A DNA stretch of 64,000 nucleotides from an uncultured delta proteobacterium (GTDB taxonomy: Bacteria > Myxococcota > Myxococcia > Myxococcales > Anaeromyxobacteraceae): NCBI GenBank assembly GCA_963828255.1, contig CAWHDZ010000021.1, positions 118,100-182,099 on the forward strand, read 5' to 3'. The number at the start of each line of letters is the position of its first letter. Positions within the stretch are counted from its first letter, which is position 1. Shown here one piece after another: positions 40,671 through 49,560 of this stretch. The notes beneath the pieces are model-generated. The model worked only from the letters and a program-made list of their open reading frames with translations, was not told where the DNA came from and ran no database searches. The translations under genes and the position numbers were made by a program.

Positions 40671-41671
40671 CCGCTCACCCGGGCCGCCACGTCCTCGTGG
40701 TACCTGCGCTCGGCCCCCGCCAGCTCGTTCACCTGGGCGGCGACCGCCGCCGACGCCCGCTCACCGGGCCGTCCGGACAGATCCTTGAACGAGTTTGCCA
40801 GCCGAGTCCAGCCAGCGGCGATCCCGGCCATCCGGGAGGGCAGCCCCAGGGCCGCCACGCCGGGGTGGTGGAGGGCCGCCTCCTCGAGGAACCGGGCGTA
40901 GAGCAGCCGGAAGTTCCCGCCCCCGGTCCCCCGCTTCTCGATGCACTGGTAGGCGAAGCGGAAGCACCAGGCCCGGTCGGCCTCGTCGCGGGCCAGCTCG
41001 TGCCAGCGCGGCACCTCGGCGGCGAATCGCTCCAGGCCGGAGGCGCCGGCGTACCCGTCCACCGGAAGGAGCATCTGCCGGGCCTGGCGCCGGAGCGCGT
41101 CACCCACGGCCTCGCGCCAGCGGACCGGCGCGCGCGGGGCGTCGATCTCCATCCACTGGCGGCCGGTGAAGCCGAGCGGCTGTCCGTCGGAGGCGCGGGC
41201 CCTCTCCAGATCGGCCAGGGGGACCTCCTGCAACTCCTCGCGCTCGGTGTCGGCGAGGAAGGCCACTCCCCTGCCCTCGTCGTGGCCGGCCAGCACCACG
41301 CGGTGGCCGTTGAACGGGGACGACGTCTTCCAGTAGGGGAGGAAGCGCAGGTCGGTGGAGAGGACCGGGGCGAAGCCCCGGGTGACGGCGTCGCGGACGG
41401 CCGACCAGGCCAGCGCCGGGTCGTTCTCGGTGCGGATGGCCACCGGGGCGCCCAGCACGTCACAGGCCGTCTCCTCGAGGGTCCAGGGACGCCCGAGGAT
41501 GATGCGCGTGGGGCTGAGCACCGGGGAGTCGAGGTAGAAGAAACCCAGGCCGGCGCCCAGGCCGAAGGCCATGGCCTCGGAGATCTCCAGGCCGCGAACG
41601 CGCAGTGCGTCGGAAAGGGCCGTGGATCCGCAGTGGACGCCGGGGCGGTGGGTGAAGCCGGGGAGCAGCAC
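40667..41671 (-). CDS. BtrH N-terminal / DUF4872 family protein (papain-like fold)
   Basis: Motifs GVHCGS, SEAMAFGLGAGLGF, LPYW...FNGHRVVLAG, IEKRGTGGGNFRLLYARFL. Confidence 0.8.
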   Translation of the reverse strand: MLLPGFTHRPGVHCGSTALSDALRVRGLEISEAMAFGLGAGLGFFYLDSPVLSPTRIILGRPWTLEETACDVLGAPVAIRTENDPALAWSAVRDAVTRGFAPVLSTDLRFLPYWKTSSPFNGHRVVLAGHDEGRGVAFLADTEREELQEVPLADLERARASDGQPLGFTGRQWMEIDAPRAPVRWREAVGDALRRQARQMLLPVDGYAGASGLERFAAEVPRWHELARDEADRAWCFRFAYQCIEKRGTGGGNFRLLYARFLEEAALHHPGVAALGLPSRMAGIAAGWTRLANSFKDLSGRPGERASAAVAAQVNELAGAERRYHEDVAARVSG

Positions 41672-41747
41672 CGGGGGAACATAGGGGACGTGTCGGGGCC
41701 CCGCCAACCGGCCGTTTCTGCTGACTTCCCGGGGTGATCCTCGGGCG

Positions 41748-41776
41748 TTGACTTCCCCGCCCGCCACGTCTAGTCT
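41748..41776 (+). promoter_or_regulatory. Sigma70 promoter of the tRNA gene
   Basis: TTGACT (41748-41753), 17-nt spacer, TAGTCT (41771-41776), GC-rich discriminator, tRNA at 41791. Confidence 0.75.
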
Positions 41777-41790
41777 CCCCGCCCTGCCAT

Positions 41791-41866
41791 TCCCCAGTAG
41801 CTCAGTTGGCAGAGCAGATGACTGTTAATCATCGGGTCCGTGGTTCAAGTCCACGCTGGGGAGCCA
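41791..41866 (+). tRNA. tRNA-Asn (GTT)
   Basis: Acceptor stem TCCCCAG/CTGGGGA, D-arm GCTCAGTTGGCAGAGC, anticodon arm GATGA-CTGTTAA-TCATC, T-loop TTCAAGT, encoded CCA; 76 nt. Confidence 0.97.
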
Positions 41867-43565
41867 CACCGGACGGCTCAACGAACTCCCGCTTGACAGG
41901 GGTCCGTTGGGCCGCTCCTCTTTCTGGGGCCATGTAGGCGCCGCCGACGGCCTCGGGCACCGGGTAGAGCCGGATGACGGCGCGGCCCCGCTCCCCCTTG
42001 GCCACGTCCTCGTACCAGGTGACGATGTCGATGAAGATGGGCACCAGGTAGCGCAAGGCGAGCCAGTCCCGGCGCGCCACGGCGGCGTCGACCATCCGCG
42101 GGAGGTCCCGGTACGACGCCTCCACGGTGCTCGCCTCTAGGACCTGCCGACCTGCCTCGGCGTGCCGGACCGCAAGATCCTCGACTTCGAGCTTGAGAGC
42201 CTGAGCGGCCACTTCTCGTTCGCGTAACCGGGCCCGCAGCGCGGGACCATTCCGGCTCCCCGACTCCACGGCGTCCTGCTCGACAGCGTCCACAAGGCCG
42301 CTCACGGCCTTGCTGGCCGCAGCGTAGGCGCCCCGCTTCCGGCTGAGGGCCGCCTCGATTTCGGCGAGTTCCCGGTCCCGTCCAGCATTGGTCGCCGCCA
42401 CGGCCCGGTCGATGGCAGACCGATCGAGGGCATACGCCTTCAGCCGCGCCAGGACGAACCCCTCCACGGCGTCTACCGGGACGTCGCGCGCTTGGCATCT
42501 GGTCTGCGCCGTCCGGTGCTTGTTGGCGCAGCGGTAGTAGTAGTGCTTCGTGCCGCTCCAGCTCGTGCCGTGGCTGCGCGTCATCGCCGCGCCGCAGGCG
42601 CCGCAGAGGAGAAGCCCCTCCAGCAGGTAGATTTTCTCGCCGCAGGGCCGTCCGGTGGGACGCTTGGTGCTGTTGGCCACAAGGCGAGCCTGCACGCGGT
42701 CGAAGAGTGGCCTCTCGATGATCGGCGTCCAGTTGCAGGCGATGCTCTCGCCACCGTCGCCCGCGCGCTCCGCGACGTAGACCCGGCACGAGAGCATGTT
42801 GAGGATCGCCTGGACCGTGAAGGGGCGTCCACCCACCGCGTCGCCGTGCTTGTTGACCCGGACGGGCCGGACCACGCCGGCCTGGTTGAGGTAGCGAGTC
42901 AGGGCTCGGGCCGAGGTGCCCTCAAGGTATCGGCGGAAAAGCTCACGTACGAGATCGGCGCACTCCTCGTCGATCATGATCGTCGTCTTGTTGGTCGGGT
43001 GAGGCCGGTAGCCAAACGGGATGGAGCCGCCGAACCAGAGGCCGGCGGCACGCCGCGCCTGGATCTTCTCCTTCGTCCGCTCCGACGTGCGCTCGCGCTC
43101 CAGCTCGGCGAACACCAGGGTAATCTTGAGCATCGCCCGACCGGCCGCGGTAACGGTCTCGAAGTTGTCGTTCAGGGCAATGAAGTCGACCTTGTGCTCC
43201 TCGAACAGCGCCCAGAGGTTGTAGAAGTCGATGAGGCTCCGGGTGATGCGGTCGATCTTGGTGACGACGACCACGTCGACCTTCCCGTCACGCACGTCCG
43301 CCAGGAGGCGCTGGAGCTCGGGGCGGTCCGTGTTCTTCCCGCTCTTCCCCTCCTCCCGATACTCGCCGACGATCTTCCACCCACGGCCTGTCCCGTTGAT
43401 GGACTGCTGCACCTCCAGGTCCGACCTGAGGCGGATATGGCTGATCTGCGTGTCGACGGACGAGTCGACGCGCCGCACCTGGTTCATGGTGGAGACCCGC
43501 GCGTAGGCGGCCACCCGCAGCGGGCGAGTGTCAGCGATCGAGGGGGTGGGCGACGGCGTCTTCAT
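41829..43565 (-). CDS. Large serine recombinase (integrase); start 43565 or 43580
   Basis: YARVST (catalytic Ser), SGKNTDRPELQRLL, KIDRITRS, FAELERERTSER, PFGY, Zn-ribbon CGACG...YYYRC...C, coiled coil. Confidence 0.93.
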   Translation of the reverse strand: MKTPSPTPSIADTRPLRVAAYARVSTMNQVRRVDSSVDTQISHIRLRSDLEVQQSINGTGRGWKIVGEYREEGKSGKNTDRPELQRLLADVRDGKVDVVVVTKIDRITRSLIDFYNLWALFEEHKVDFIALNDNFETVTAAGRAMLKITLVFAELERERTSERTKEKIQARRAAGLWFGGSIPFGYRPHPTNKTTIMIDEECADLVRELFRRYLEGTSARALTRYLNQAGVVRPVRVNKHGDAVGGRPFTVQAILNMLSCRVYVAERAGDGGESIACNWTPIIERPLFDRVQARLVANSTKRPTGRPCGEKIYLLEGLLLCGACGAAMTRSHGTSWSGTKHYYYRCANKHRTAQTRCQARDVPVDAVEGFVLARLKAYALDRSAIDRAVAATNAGRDRELAEIEAALSRKRGAYAAASKAVSGLVDAVEQDAVESGSRNGPALRARLREREVAAQALKLEVEDLAVRHAEAGRQVLEASTVEASYRDLPRMVDAAVARRDWLALRYLVPIFIDIVTWYEDVAKGERGRAVIRLYPVPEAVGGAYMAPERGAAQRTPVKREFVEPSGVAPQRGLEPRTR

Positions 43566-43800
43566 GGTCCCCAACTTCATACCCGACAGGTCGGACCTCT
43601 CCCCGCTCCAGGGCACGAACGCGAAGGACGAACTTCCCGAGCGCCTCCAACGCCACCGCCGCCGCGTCGCAGCCTGGCCGATACAGCGGATGGCGGGGGT
43701 TGAGGGGCTTGGCTCCGGCAGGCATGACCTCGCCGGTCACGCTCTCGGCGCGACGGGATTGCCCTCCCCCACCCTGACTGGCACGGGTCCGCTTGGCCAA
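43531..43800 (-). CDS. Small hypothetical ORF overlapping the integrase start
   Basis: 89-aa ORF on the same strand directly upstream of the recombinase; no recognisable motif. Confidence 0.3.
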   Translation of the reverse strand: MAKRTRASQGGGGQSRRAESVTGEVMPAGAKPLNPRHPLYRPGCDAAAVALEALGKFVLRVRALERGEVRPVGYEVGDHEDAVAHPLDR

Positions 43801-43946
43801 CGCGCGCTCCGGTTGAAGACGCGCCTCGGCATTCGGTGCGCGTCGACAGCACCCCGGTCGCAGCGAGCCAATGCTCCGGTCGACGGGGGCTATTTCAACC
43901 AGTTGCGCGGCTGAGGCCGCTCTTCGTTGGTTCCGGCGAGTTCTCC

Positions 43947-43975
43947 TTGCGTGTATTGTTCGACCGAACTATAAC
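43947..43975 (+). promoter_or_regulatory. Promoter with an internal palindromic operator for the LexA-like gene
   Basis: TTGCGT, 17-nt spacer, TATAAC; ATG 6 nt later; the spacer holds GTTCG-AC-CGAAC (43958-43969). Confidence 0.65.
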
Positions 43976-43981
43976 CTTTCC

Positions 43982-44547
43982 ATGAGCAACAGCGCAAGCC
44001 TCAGCGACGTACAGGCGAAGGTCCGCGCCGAGTTCGTGCGCAGGGCCAAGGCGGGCGAGCCTCCCCCCTCCCACAGGGACCTGATGGCGTTGTTCGGCTG
44101 GAAGTCGCCCGCCGCGGCCCGCTACCAGATTGCCGCGCTGGTGAAGAAGGGCTACCTGCGGATGACGGCCGGCAAGACCCGCGGCGCCCATCTCCCGGAC
44201 CTGAGCGGCGGCGCAGGTGGGCCACGTCCCGCTGGTCGATCGATTCAACAAGGCAGGCAAGCCGACCAAGATCGCCATCTACCTCCCGCTGTCCGTCACG
44301 TTTCACCCGGGCGATCCGTCCGTGGCCTTCAACGCCCCGGACAACCGGATGAAGTCCCACTGCATCCTCGAGGACGACATCGTCTTCGTCCGGACGGACC
44401 TGGCAACCCAAGCCCGACGATCTGGTCGGCGTCGTCATCGACGGCCGCGGCCACGTCATGACCGTCGCCGGCGCCAAGAGCGCCGGCCACAAGGTGATCG
44501 GCGTGGTGAGGCAGGTGATCAGGGCCTACTCGCCCCACGACTGGTAG
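43982..44547 (+). CDS. LexA-like repressor (winged HTH plus degenerate S24 domain); two apparent frameshifts
   Basis: PPSHRDLMALFGWKSPAAARYQIAALVKKGYL matches the LexA DNA-binding domain; other frames continue VPLVD, MKSHCILEDDIVFV, DDLVGVVIDG and KVIGVVRQVIR. Confidence 0.75.
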
Positions 44548-44561
44548 GAGCGACCGCGATC

Positions 44562-44805
44562 ATGCGCTACGTCCTTCAGGTCATGACCATCAGGGAGCCG
44601 GGCTTCTACGAATTCCCAGGCGTCGGCCCGGTGATGCTCGACCAGGCTGGGATCTACGCGCTCACCCAGAGTGAGATTGCTGGCCCCTTCGCCGATGTCC
44701 AGGAGGCACGACGCCTCACCGCGATGGTGGCCAGGCGGCCGCTCAAGCCCAGCCGGGACAAGCCGCCGCCGTATCGTGAAGCCGACCAGGATCGTGGAGA
44801 TCTAG
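44562..44805 (+). CDS. Small hypothetical protein (probably frameshifted near its 3' end)
   Basis: AGGAG then MRYVLQVMTIREPGFYEFPGVG...; end estimated from an alternative frame ending KPTRIVEI-stop. Confidence 0.35.
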
Positions 44806-45271
44806 CAGGACGAGGGCGACGCCCCGAGCTCTCGACCGGCATGCCGGTGAAGACGTTGAAGGGGAAATCGTGCGAGGCGACTCGCGCGTCGGCGATGGGC
44901 CACCAGAGGGCCGGCATCGCGCGGTCGCGGCTGCTCGAACCGGCAGGCGCACCAGTGCGGGCCAGCTCGACGTGCTCATTGAGCAGTCAGGCCGAGTCCG
45001 AAGGTGGCTGAAGGCCATCCACACCGTCTGGGTTGCGGCCCGGGCGTGCAGACCGGACCAAGTGCCAGGGGACGACGCCCGGATCCAAACGGTCGCGCGA
45101 CCGCACACTCGACCGGAGGAAACGTACGCCGCGGGGACGGCCGAGGATCTGGATTCCTACGCGGAGCCTTCCTCGGCGGATGGGAGAGGCGGTTGGTTGT
45201 AGACGAGCGCGCCAGCGCCGCTGGCCACCATGGAACACTCATGGCGACGCAGTCGCAGGAGGCAGGTCCGT

Positions 45272-46396
45272 ATGTTCATGGCATCTAAGGTCAGTCCTAC
45301 GCTCTTCGCCGTACTGGAGGCCTTCAAGGCGCAGGGCGCGGTGATCGCCGGCGGCCAGGACAATTTCTACACGGCGTGCCCCTGCCACGACGATGGCAAG
45401 GCCTCACTGTCCATCGCCGATGGAGAAGATCGCGTCCTCTTCAAGTGCCACGCTGGGTGTGACCAGGCAGAGATGTTCAAGGCCGTGGTCGAGTTCACGG
45501 GCCTCTCCAAGTCAGACTTCTTCTTCAAGAAGACCGGCGCGGCCAAGGCCGAGGGGCCGCTTGCAACGATCAGCGGCCTGGCGCAAGCGAAGCGACTTCC
45601 CGTGGAACTCCTGGCCTGGGCCGGCATGCGAGATGGCCCGATGGGCATCCACATCCCCTACTGGGATGGCTCTGGTCCACCGCGGGAGAGGATCCGGCCA
45701 GGGCTAAGTGCCAAGCACTGCCTCTGGGGCGACAAGCCATATGCGGGGCACGAGATCACCGCGTACGGCGCCTGGCTGCTGCCCGCGTTCCGCACCGGCA
45801 ACGTCCTCTTTCTCGTCGAAGGTGAAACCGACTCGCTTACCGGGTGGCGGCACCACCTTCCCGTCCTCGGCATCCCCGGCAAGGGGATGGCGCGGAGCGT
45901 GATCGCCAACAATCCTCACCTCCTTCATGGCATCCACTACATCTTCGTGATCGAGGAGCCGGACGACTACGAGCAGCGGATGTTTCTGAAAGGGGTTCGG
46001 CGCGGGATCTCCGACATCCATTTCTCGTTCCAGGTCTTCCCCATGCGGCTCCCCGAAAAGGACCTGTCGGACCTCCACGTCAAGCGGGGGCCCGAGGGGT
46101 TCTGGCCCGCCTTCCACGAGGCGTGGGCCGCCGCCGTAGACGCGCCGAACTGGCCTGACCCGTTGCCGATCCCGCCGATCGCCGCGACGGTCTGCGCCAT
46201 CGTCACTGCGCCAGGGCTCCCAGAGATCTTCCAGGTTCGAGATATCCACCGGCGCGACCGGGACCTGTCCTCGGCGAAGATTCGCTCCGACCTGGCGCTG
46301 CTGGAGCAGGCCAAGATCGTCCGCGAGCTCGCACCGCCGAAGGCGCTGGGTCGACCGGCCAGGCGCTACAGGACCAACCCCAAGATGAGGCTGTAG
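45272..46396 (+). CDS. Primase-like protein: Zn-finger plus TOPRIM plus short C-terminal winged-helix-like tail
   Basis: CPCHDD...SLSI...KCHAGC zinc-binding motif of phage/plasmid primases; TOPRIM LFLVEGETD and KDLSD; tail ...LALLEQAKIVRE...GRPARRY. Confidence 0.75.
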   Translation: MFMASKVSPTLFAVLEAFKAQGAVIAGGQDNFYTACPCHDDGKASLSIADGEDRVLFKCHAGCDQAEMFKAVVEFTGLSKSDFFFKKTGAAKAEGPLATISGLAQAKRLPVELLAWAGMRDGPMGIHIPYWDGSGPPRERIRPGLSAKHCLWGDKPYAGHEITAYGAWLLPAFRTGNVLFLVEGETDSLTGWRHHLPVLGIPGKGMARSVIANNPHLLHGIHYIFVIEEPDDYEQRMFLKGVRRGISDIHFSFQVFPMRLPEKDLSDLHVKRGPEGFWPAFHEAWAAAVDAPNWPDPLPIPPIAATVCAIVTAPGLPEIFQVRDIHRRDRDLSSAKIRSDLALLEQAKIVRELAPPKALGRPARRYRTNPKMRL

Positions 46397-46400
46397 TTGT

Positions 46401-46585
46401 TGACCAGCCGGCGGCCAGGAATTGCCTATGTTACTCGGAGGTGTAACCGGATAGGGATCCCTGCGTCCGAGTCCGCCGATTCATGCGCCGCCAGCAAGGT
46501 CGTCGGAGCCAGCGGCGCAAGTGATACTCCCCGTTTTCTCCCCCAAGTCTACCTAGGCAATTCCTGACCAGCCGGCGGTCAGGAA
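46401..46585. repeat. Nested direct and inverted repeat structure (MITE-like or origin/att-like)
   Basis: Direct repeat TGACCAGCCGGCGGYCAGGAA at 46401-46421 and 46565-46585; inverted repeat GGCCAGGAATTGCCTA (46413-46428) and TAGGCAATTCCTGACC (46554-46569), 15/16 match. Confidence 0.85.
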
Positions 46586-46746
46586 GTCTGCAACCGGAAG
46601 CCCGTACCCGCGTCTGCCGCGTCGTCTTGTTCTCCCTCTACGCCTCGCCGCCAACCGCTCGGTGCGCGTGAACCAGTAGACGCCGTGGGCTTGGGCCAGG
46701 ATCTGCGGACACCAGGCGGCCCTTCCCACCGATCCCCACCGGGATC

Positions 46747-47634
46747 ATGCTGGCGACCATGACCACCGCGATGGCGCCGACCCCTGCCCAGTCCGAAGCA
46801 AGCCGGCTGAACGGCGCACGCTCCAAGGGACCGACGAGCGCCGTCGGCAAGATGGTCTCGGCCATGAACGCCATCAAGGCTGGCGTCACCGCCGAGCTGG
46901 TCCTCATGCCGGGCGAGGATCTGGCCGATCACCAGGCCATGGCCGACGCCATGACCCAGACGCTGCGGACGGCGACGGCCGGGGAGGCGATCCTCGGTGT
47001 ACGGCTCGCGGACGGAGTCAAACGCCTCGACCGCCTCGACCGGCAGGAGCAGCGGGTGCGCGAGGACGGCGTCGAGCAGGCGATCCTTGCCTCCGACGCC
47101 CACCGGCGGATGCTTCGCCTAGCCGAGGCGCGGCAGGTCGCAGCCGACATGGCGTTCACCGTGGGCGGCATCCAGCAGGCGGTCGCCGCGGAATGGGTCA
47201 GGCAGCTCGCCCCAGCCATGCGCCAGGTGATGGTGACCCTGGAGGCCGTGGGTGTGCCGCTGGCTCTCCTCGTGCCGTTGCAGCGAGCCGTGGAGGGCGT
47301 CCTCCGGCATGGCGGGCTGGAGGTCGAGGCCGCTGCCTTCTCGGCCATCGCGCTGCCGACCACCGACGTGGTGGCCTGGCTCGACACCGCCGTGGTGATC
47401 GCCAGCGTCGAGGTGGGCAAGACGCGGACCGAGCTGGCCACCGACCCGACCGTGGGCAACGAGAGAAAGCTCCGGCTCATCGACCTCTACCGGAAGCGGG
47501 TCCTCGGCGAGATGGAGCGGGTCCTCCGGGTACTGGCGCAGCTCCGCGCCCTGCCGGCCACCGACACGACGGCAGGTTCGTTCGTTCGCGTCGAGCTGCG
47601 GGTAGCCGGCAGGCCAAACCTCGCCCAGCTTTAG
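46747..47634 (+). CDS. Hypothetical helical protein with an N-terminal motif related to the HGGxSTG / STGP.T.EGK..S..NA.KHG family
   Basis: SRLNGARSKGPTSAVGKMVSAMNAIKAG followed by LVLMPGED. Confidence 0.6.
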   Translation: MLATMTTAMAPTPAQSEASRLNGARSKGPTSAVGKMVSAMNAIKAGVTAELVLMPGEDLADHQAMADAMTQTLRTATAGEAILGVRLADGVKRLDRLDRQEQRVREDGVEQAILASDAHRRMLRLAEARQVAADMAFTVGGIQQAVAAEWVRQLAPAMRQVMVTLEAVGVPLALLVPLQRAVEGVLRHGGLEVEAAAFSAIALPTTDVVAWLDTAVVIASVEVGKTRTELATDPTVGNERKLRLIDLYRKRVLGEMERVLRVLAQLRALPATDTTAGSFVRVELRVAGRPNLAQL

Positions 47635-47934
47635 GCCTACCCGAACGGCGAAGCCCCCCGGGGGAGGGAGGGGTGGTGGTAGCCGACATTCGGGGCTCGC
47701 ACGAGGGGACCTCGGGGAGCCTGGCCAGTTTTCCCTCTTGGTCGGGCAGCGGGGGATTCCCAGGCCAGTTCCCTCGCTGCCCCCACTCCGGGCGCCTGAC
47801 CCCCACCCGGCCTTCTCGAATCGGGCTTGCGGATTGGCGCCCCCGAATTTTCGGGGGGGGGATCCTGCCCCGGCCCTGCCCAGGGGCTAAGGGGAAGCCG
47901 GCCCAACCGGCGGCCAGCATCCCCAACTTCTGCT

Positions 47935-48774
47935 TCACCCTGCCGCCGCCGCCTTCGACCGCGCAGGTCGGCAAGCGTGAGCGTACGGGCAGGACCGGCA
48001 TGCCCACGACCTCACCGGCGGGAAGGCGCCGCCGTCCACGCCGCGCATGACGTTGACCGCCACCCGCCGAAACTCCTCCTCGTCCTCCTCGTTACGGTCG
48101 AGGTCGACGATCTGGAGTACCGGCGCCCGAGCCTTGGTGACGATCTGGTACGTGACCTTCACCTCACCGAGGCCCATGGCCCGCGCGGCGAGCCTGTACC
48201 CGGTGGGCTGGATGTCCCACCGGATCTGGTCCTCGCCGAACTTCCGCGCGCTGGTCTTGTGCTCGACGATCTGGCGCCTCCGGCCCTTCTTCAGCACCAG
48301 GTCGAGCGCGCCGACCAGCCTCTCCTCCATCTCGACGCCGGTGTCGGGGTCGAAGAGGGGGACGGAGAACGGCTGCTCCACCGCCTCCACCTTCACGCCG
48401 TCGAGGTTCTTCACGGCGTGGTCGTGGAAGACGGCCAGCATCTCGGTGCCCTTGTCGACGAGCGCGCCGGTGTCGGCCGGCTCGTCGTCGTCGGCCTGGA
48501 GCGGCAGGTCGGTCTCCAGCTCTCGCTGCCAGGCGTCGCGGAAGGCGTCGTTGACGAGCTGGAGCGGCGGCGGTGCGCCGTCCTCCTTCACCGCCAGGTA
48601 GAACCGCGCCAGGGCGGCGTGGAAGCTCGTGCCGAAGGCGAAGGGCACCGGCTTGAAGGCCGGCTTGGCTCCCAGCACATACCGCAACTGGTAGCTGCGC
48701 GGGCACCGCAGGTAGGTGCGGATCTGGCTCACCGAGATGTGCAGCCCGTCTCGTGCTTGCTCGAAGGCGGCCAC
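47935..48774 (-). CDS. PD-(D/E)XK nuclease, RecB/AddB/Cas4-like, with four Cys suggesting an Fe-S cluster
   Basis: ISVSQIRTYLRCPRSY, FGTSFHAAL, GALDLVL, IVEHKTS, Q..GY, C-terminal CRSCPYAHAC. Confidence 0.85.
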   Translation of the reverse strand: MAAFEQARDGLHISVSQIRTYLRCPRSYQLRYVLGAKPAFKPVPFAFGTSFHAALARFYLAVKEDGAPPPLQLVNDAFRDAWQRELETDLPLQADDDEPADTGALVDKGTEMLAVFHDHAVKNLDGVKVEAVEQPFSVPLFDPDTGVEMEERLVGALDLVLKKGRRRQIVEHKTSARKFGEDQIRWDIQPTGYRLAARAMGLGEVKVTYQIVTKARAPVLQIVDLDRNEEDEEEFRRVAVNVMRGVDGGAFPPVRSWACRSCPYAHACRPARSKAAAAG

Positions 48775-48776
48775 GG

Positions 48777-49560
48777 TCAGCCCTCCGCCCCAGGCTCCGC
48801 CATCTCGGGGTCGCCGTCGCCCTGGTGGTGCAGCCCGCCGTTCGACATCTCGCCGATGAGCTCGGAGGCCTGGGCCTTCGTGATGAACTCGATCTGCGTG
48901 CCGAACCGGGAACGGACCTGCTGGCGGAACTGCGAGAGGTCCATGCCCAGCTTGCGGGAGATGGCGATCAGCGCCGCGAGCTGCTTGCTCGTGAGCCGGT
49001 TGCGCGGCGTGCTTGGCAACTGCGGGGTCGCCGGGGCCGCCGGCCGCGGGGGGCCGGCCTGGCCCTGCGGAGGGCGCACTGGCTGCTGGTGGGCCGCCTG
49101 ACGCTGCTCGTCGGAGGGCACGTTGTCGTCGTCGATGGTGCCCTCGTATGCCTGCCGGCCCGCCCCGAACGCCGCGGCCGCCTTCTTGAGGCTGTTGCTG
49201 AAGGCTGCCCTTCCTCGCGTCGGCCTCGGACATCGAGACGTGGCCGCCGTCGGCCAGCGCCTCGGCGAAGGGGACGAAGGTGCCCTCGATCCACTCGCCC
49301 AGCTCCAGGACGAGGTCGCAGACCGCCTCGTAGGCCTTGCGGCCGGAGTTGGTGGTCAGCTCCCGGACGGTGATCTTGCGGTGGGTGCGCCAGCCGCCGA
49401 TGCCGAGCGCCTCGTTCAGCCGGTTGATGATGAACTGCGCCTTGATGCCGGTGGTCGAGTACCCCTTGCCGGTCTGGCGGCCGTCGGTGCGCTCGATGGC
49501 CTCCTCGGGGAACGGCTGCGAGAGCTGCTGGTAGAGCTTCTTCTTCGCCTCGGGTGTCAT
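48777..49560 (-). CDS. Rad52/Rad22 (Sak-like) single-strand annealing protein; one apparent frameshift near 49205
   Basis: LSQPFPEEAIE...IINRLNEALGIGGW...ADARKG, continued in another frame as SNSLKKAAAAFGAGRQAY; Pro/Gln linker; C-terminal LTSKQLAAL...ITKAQASELI. Confidence 0.78.

Noticed and set aside
44839..45202. Further small ORFs between the repressor and the primase-like gene
   Set aside because: Probably coding, but the frames are broken and no motif is recognisable, so boundaries cannot be supported.
47935..48774. Cas4 / CRISPR system
   Set aside because: The nuclease is Cas4/AddB-like, but I found no repeat-spacer array or other cas genes in the window; its context is a recombination module.
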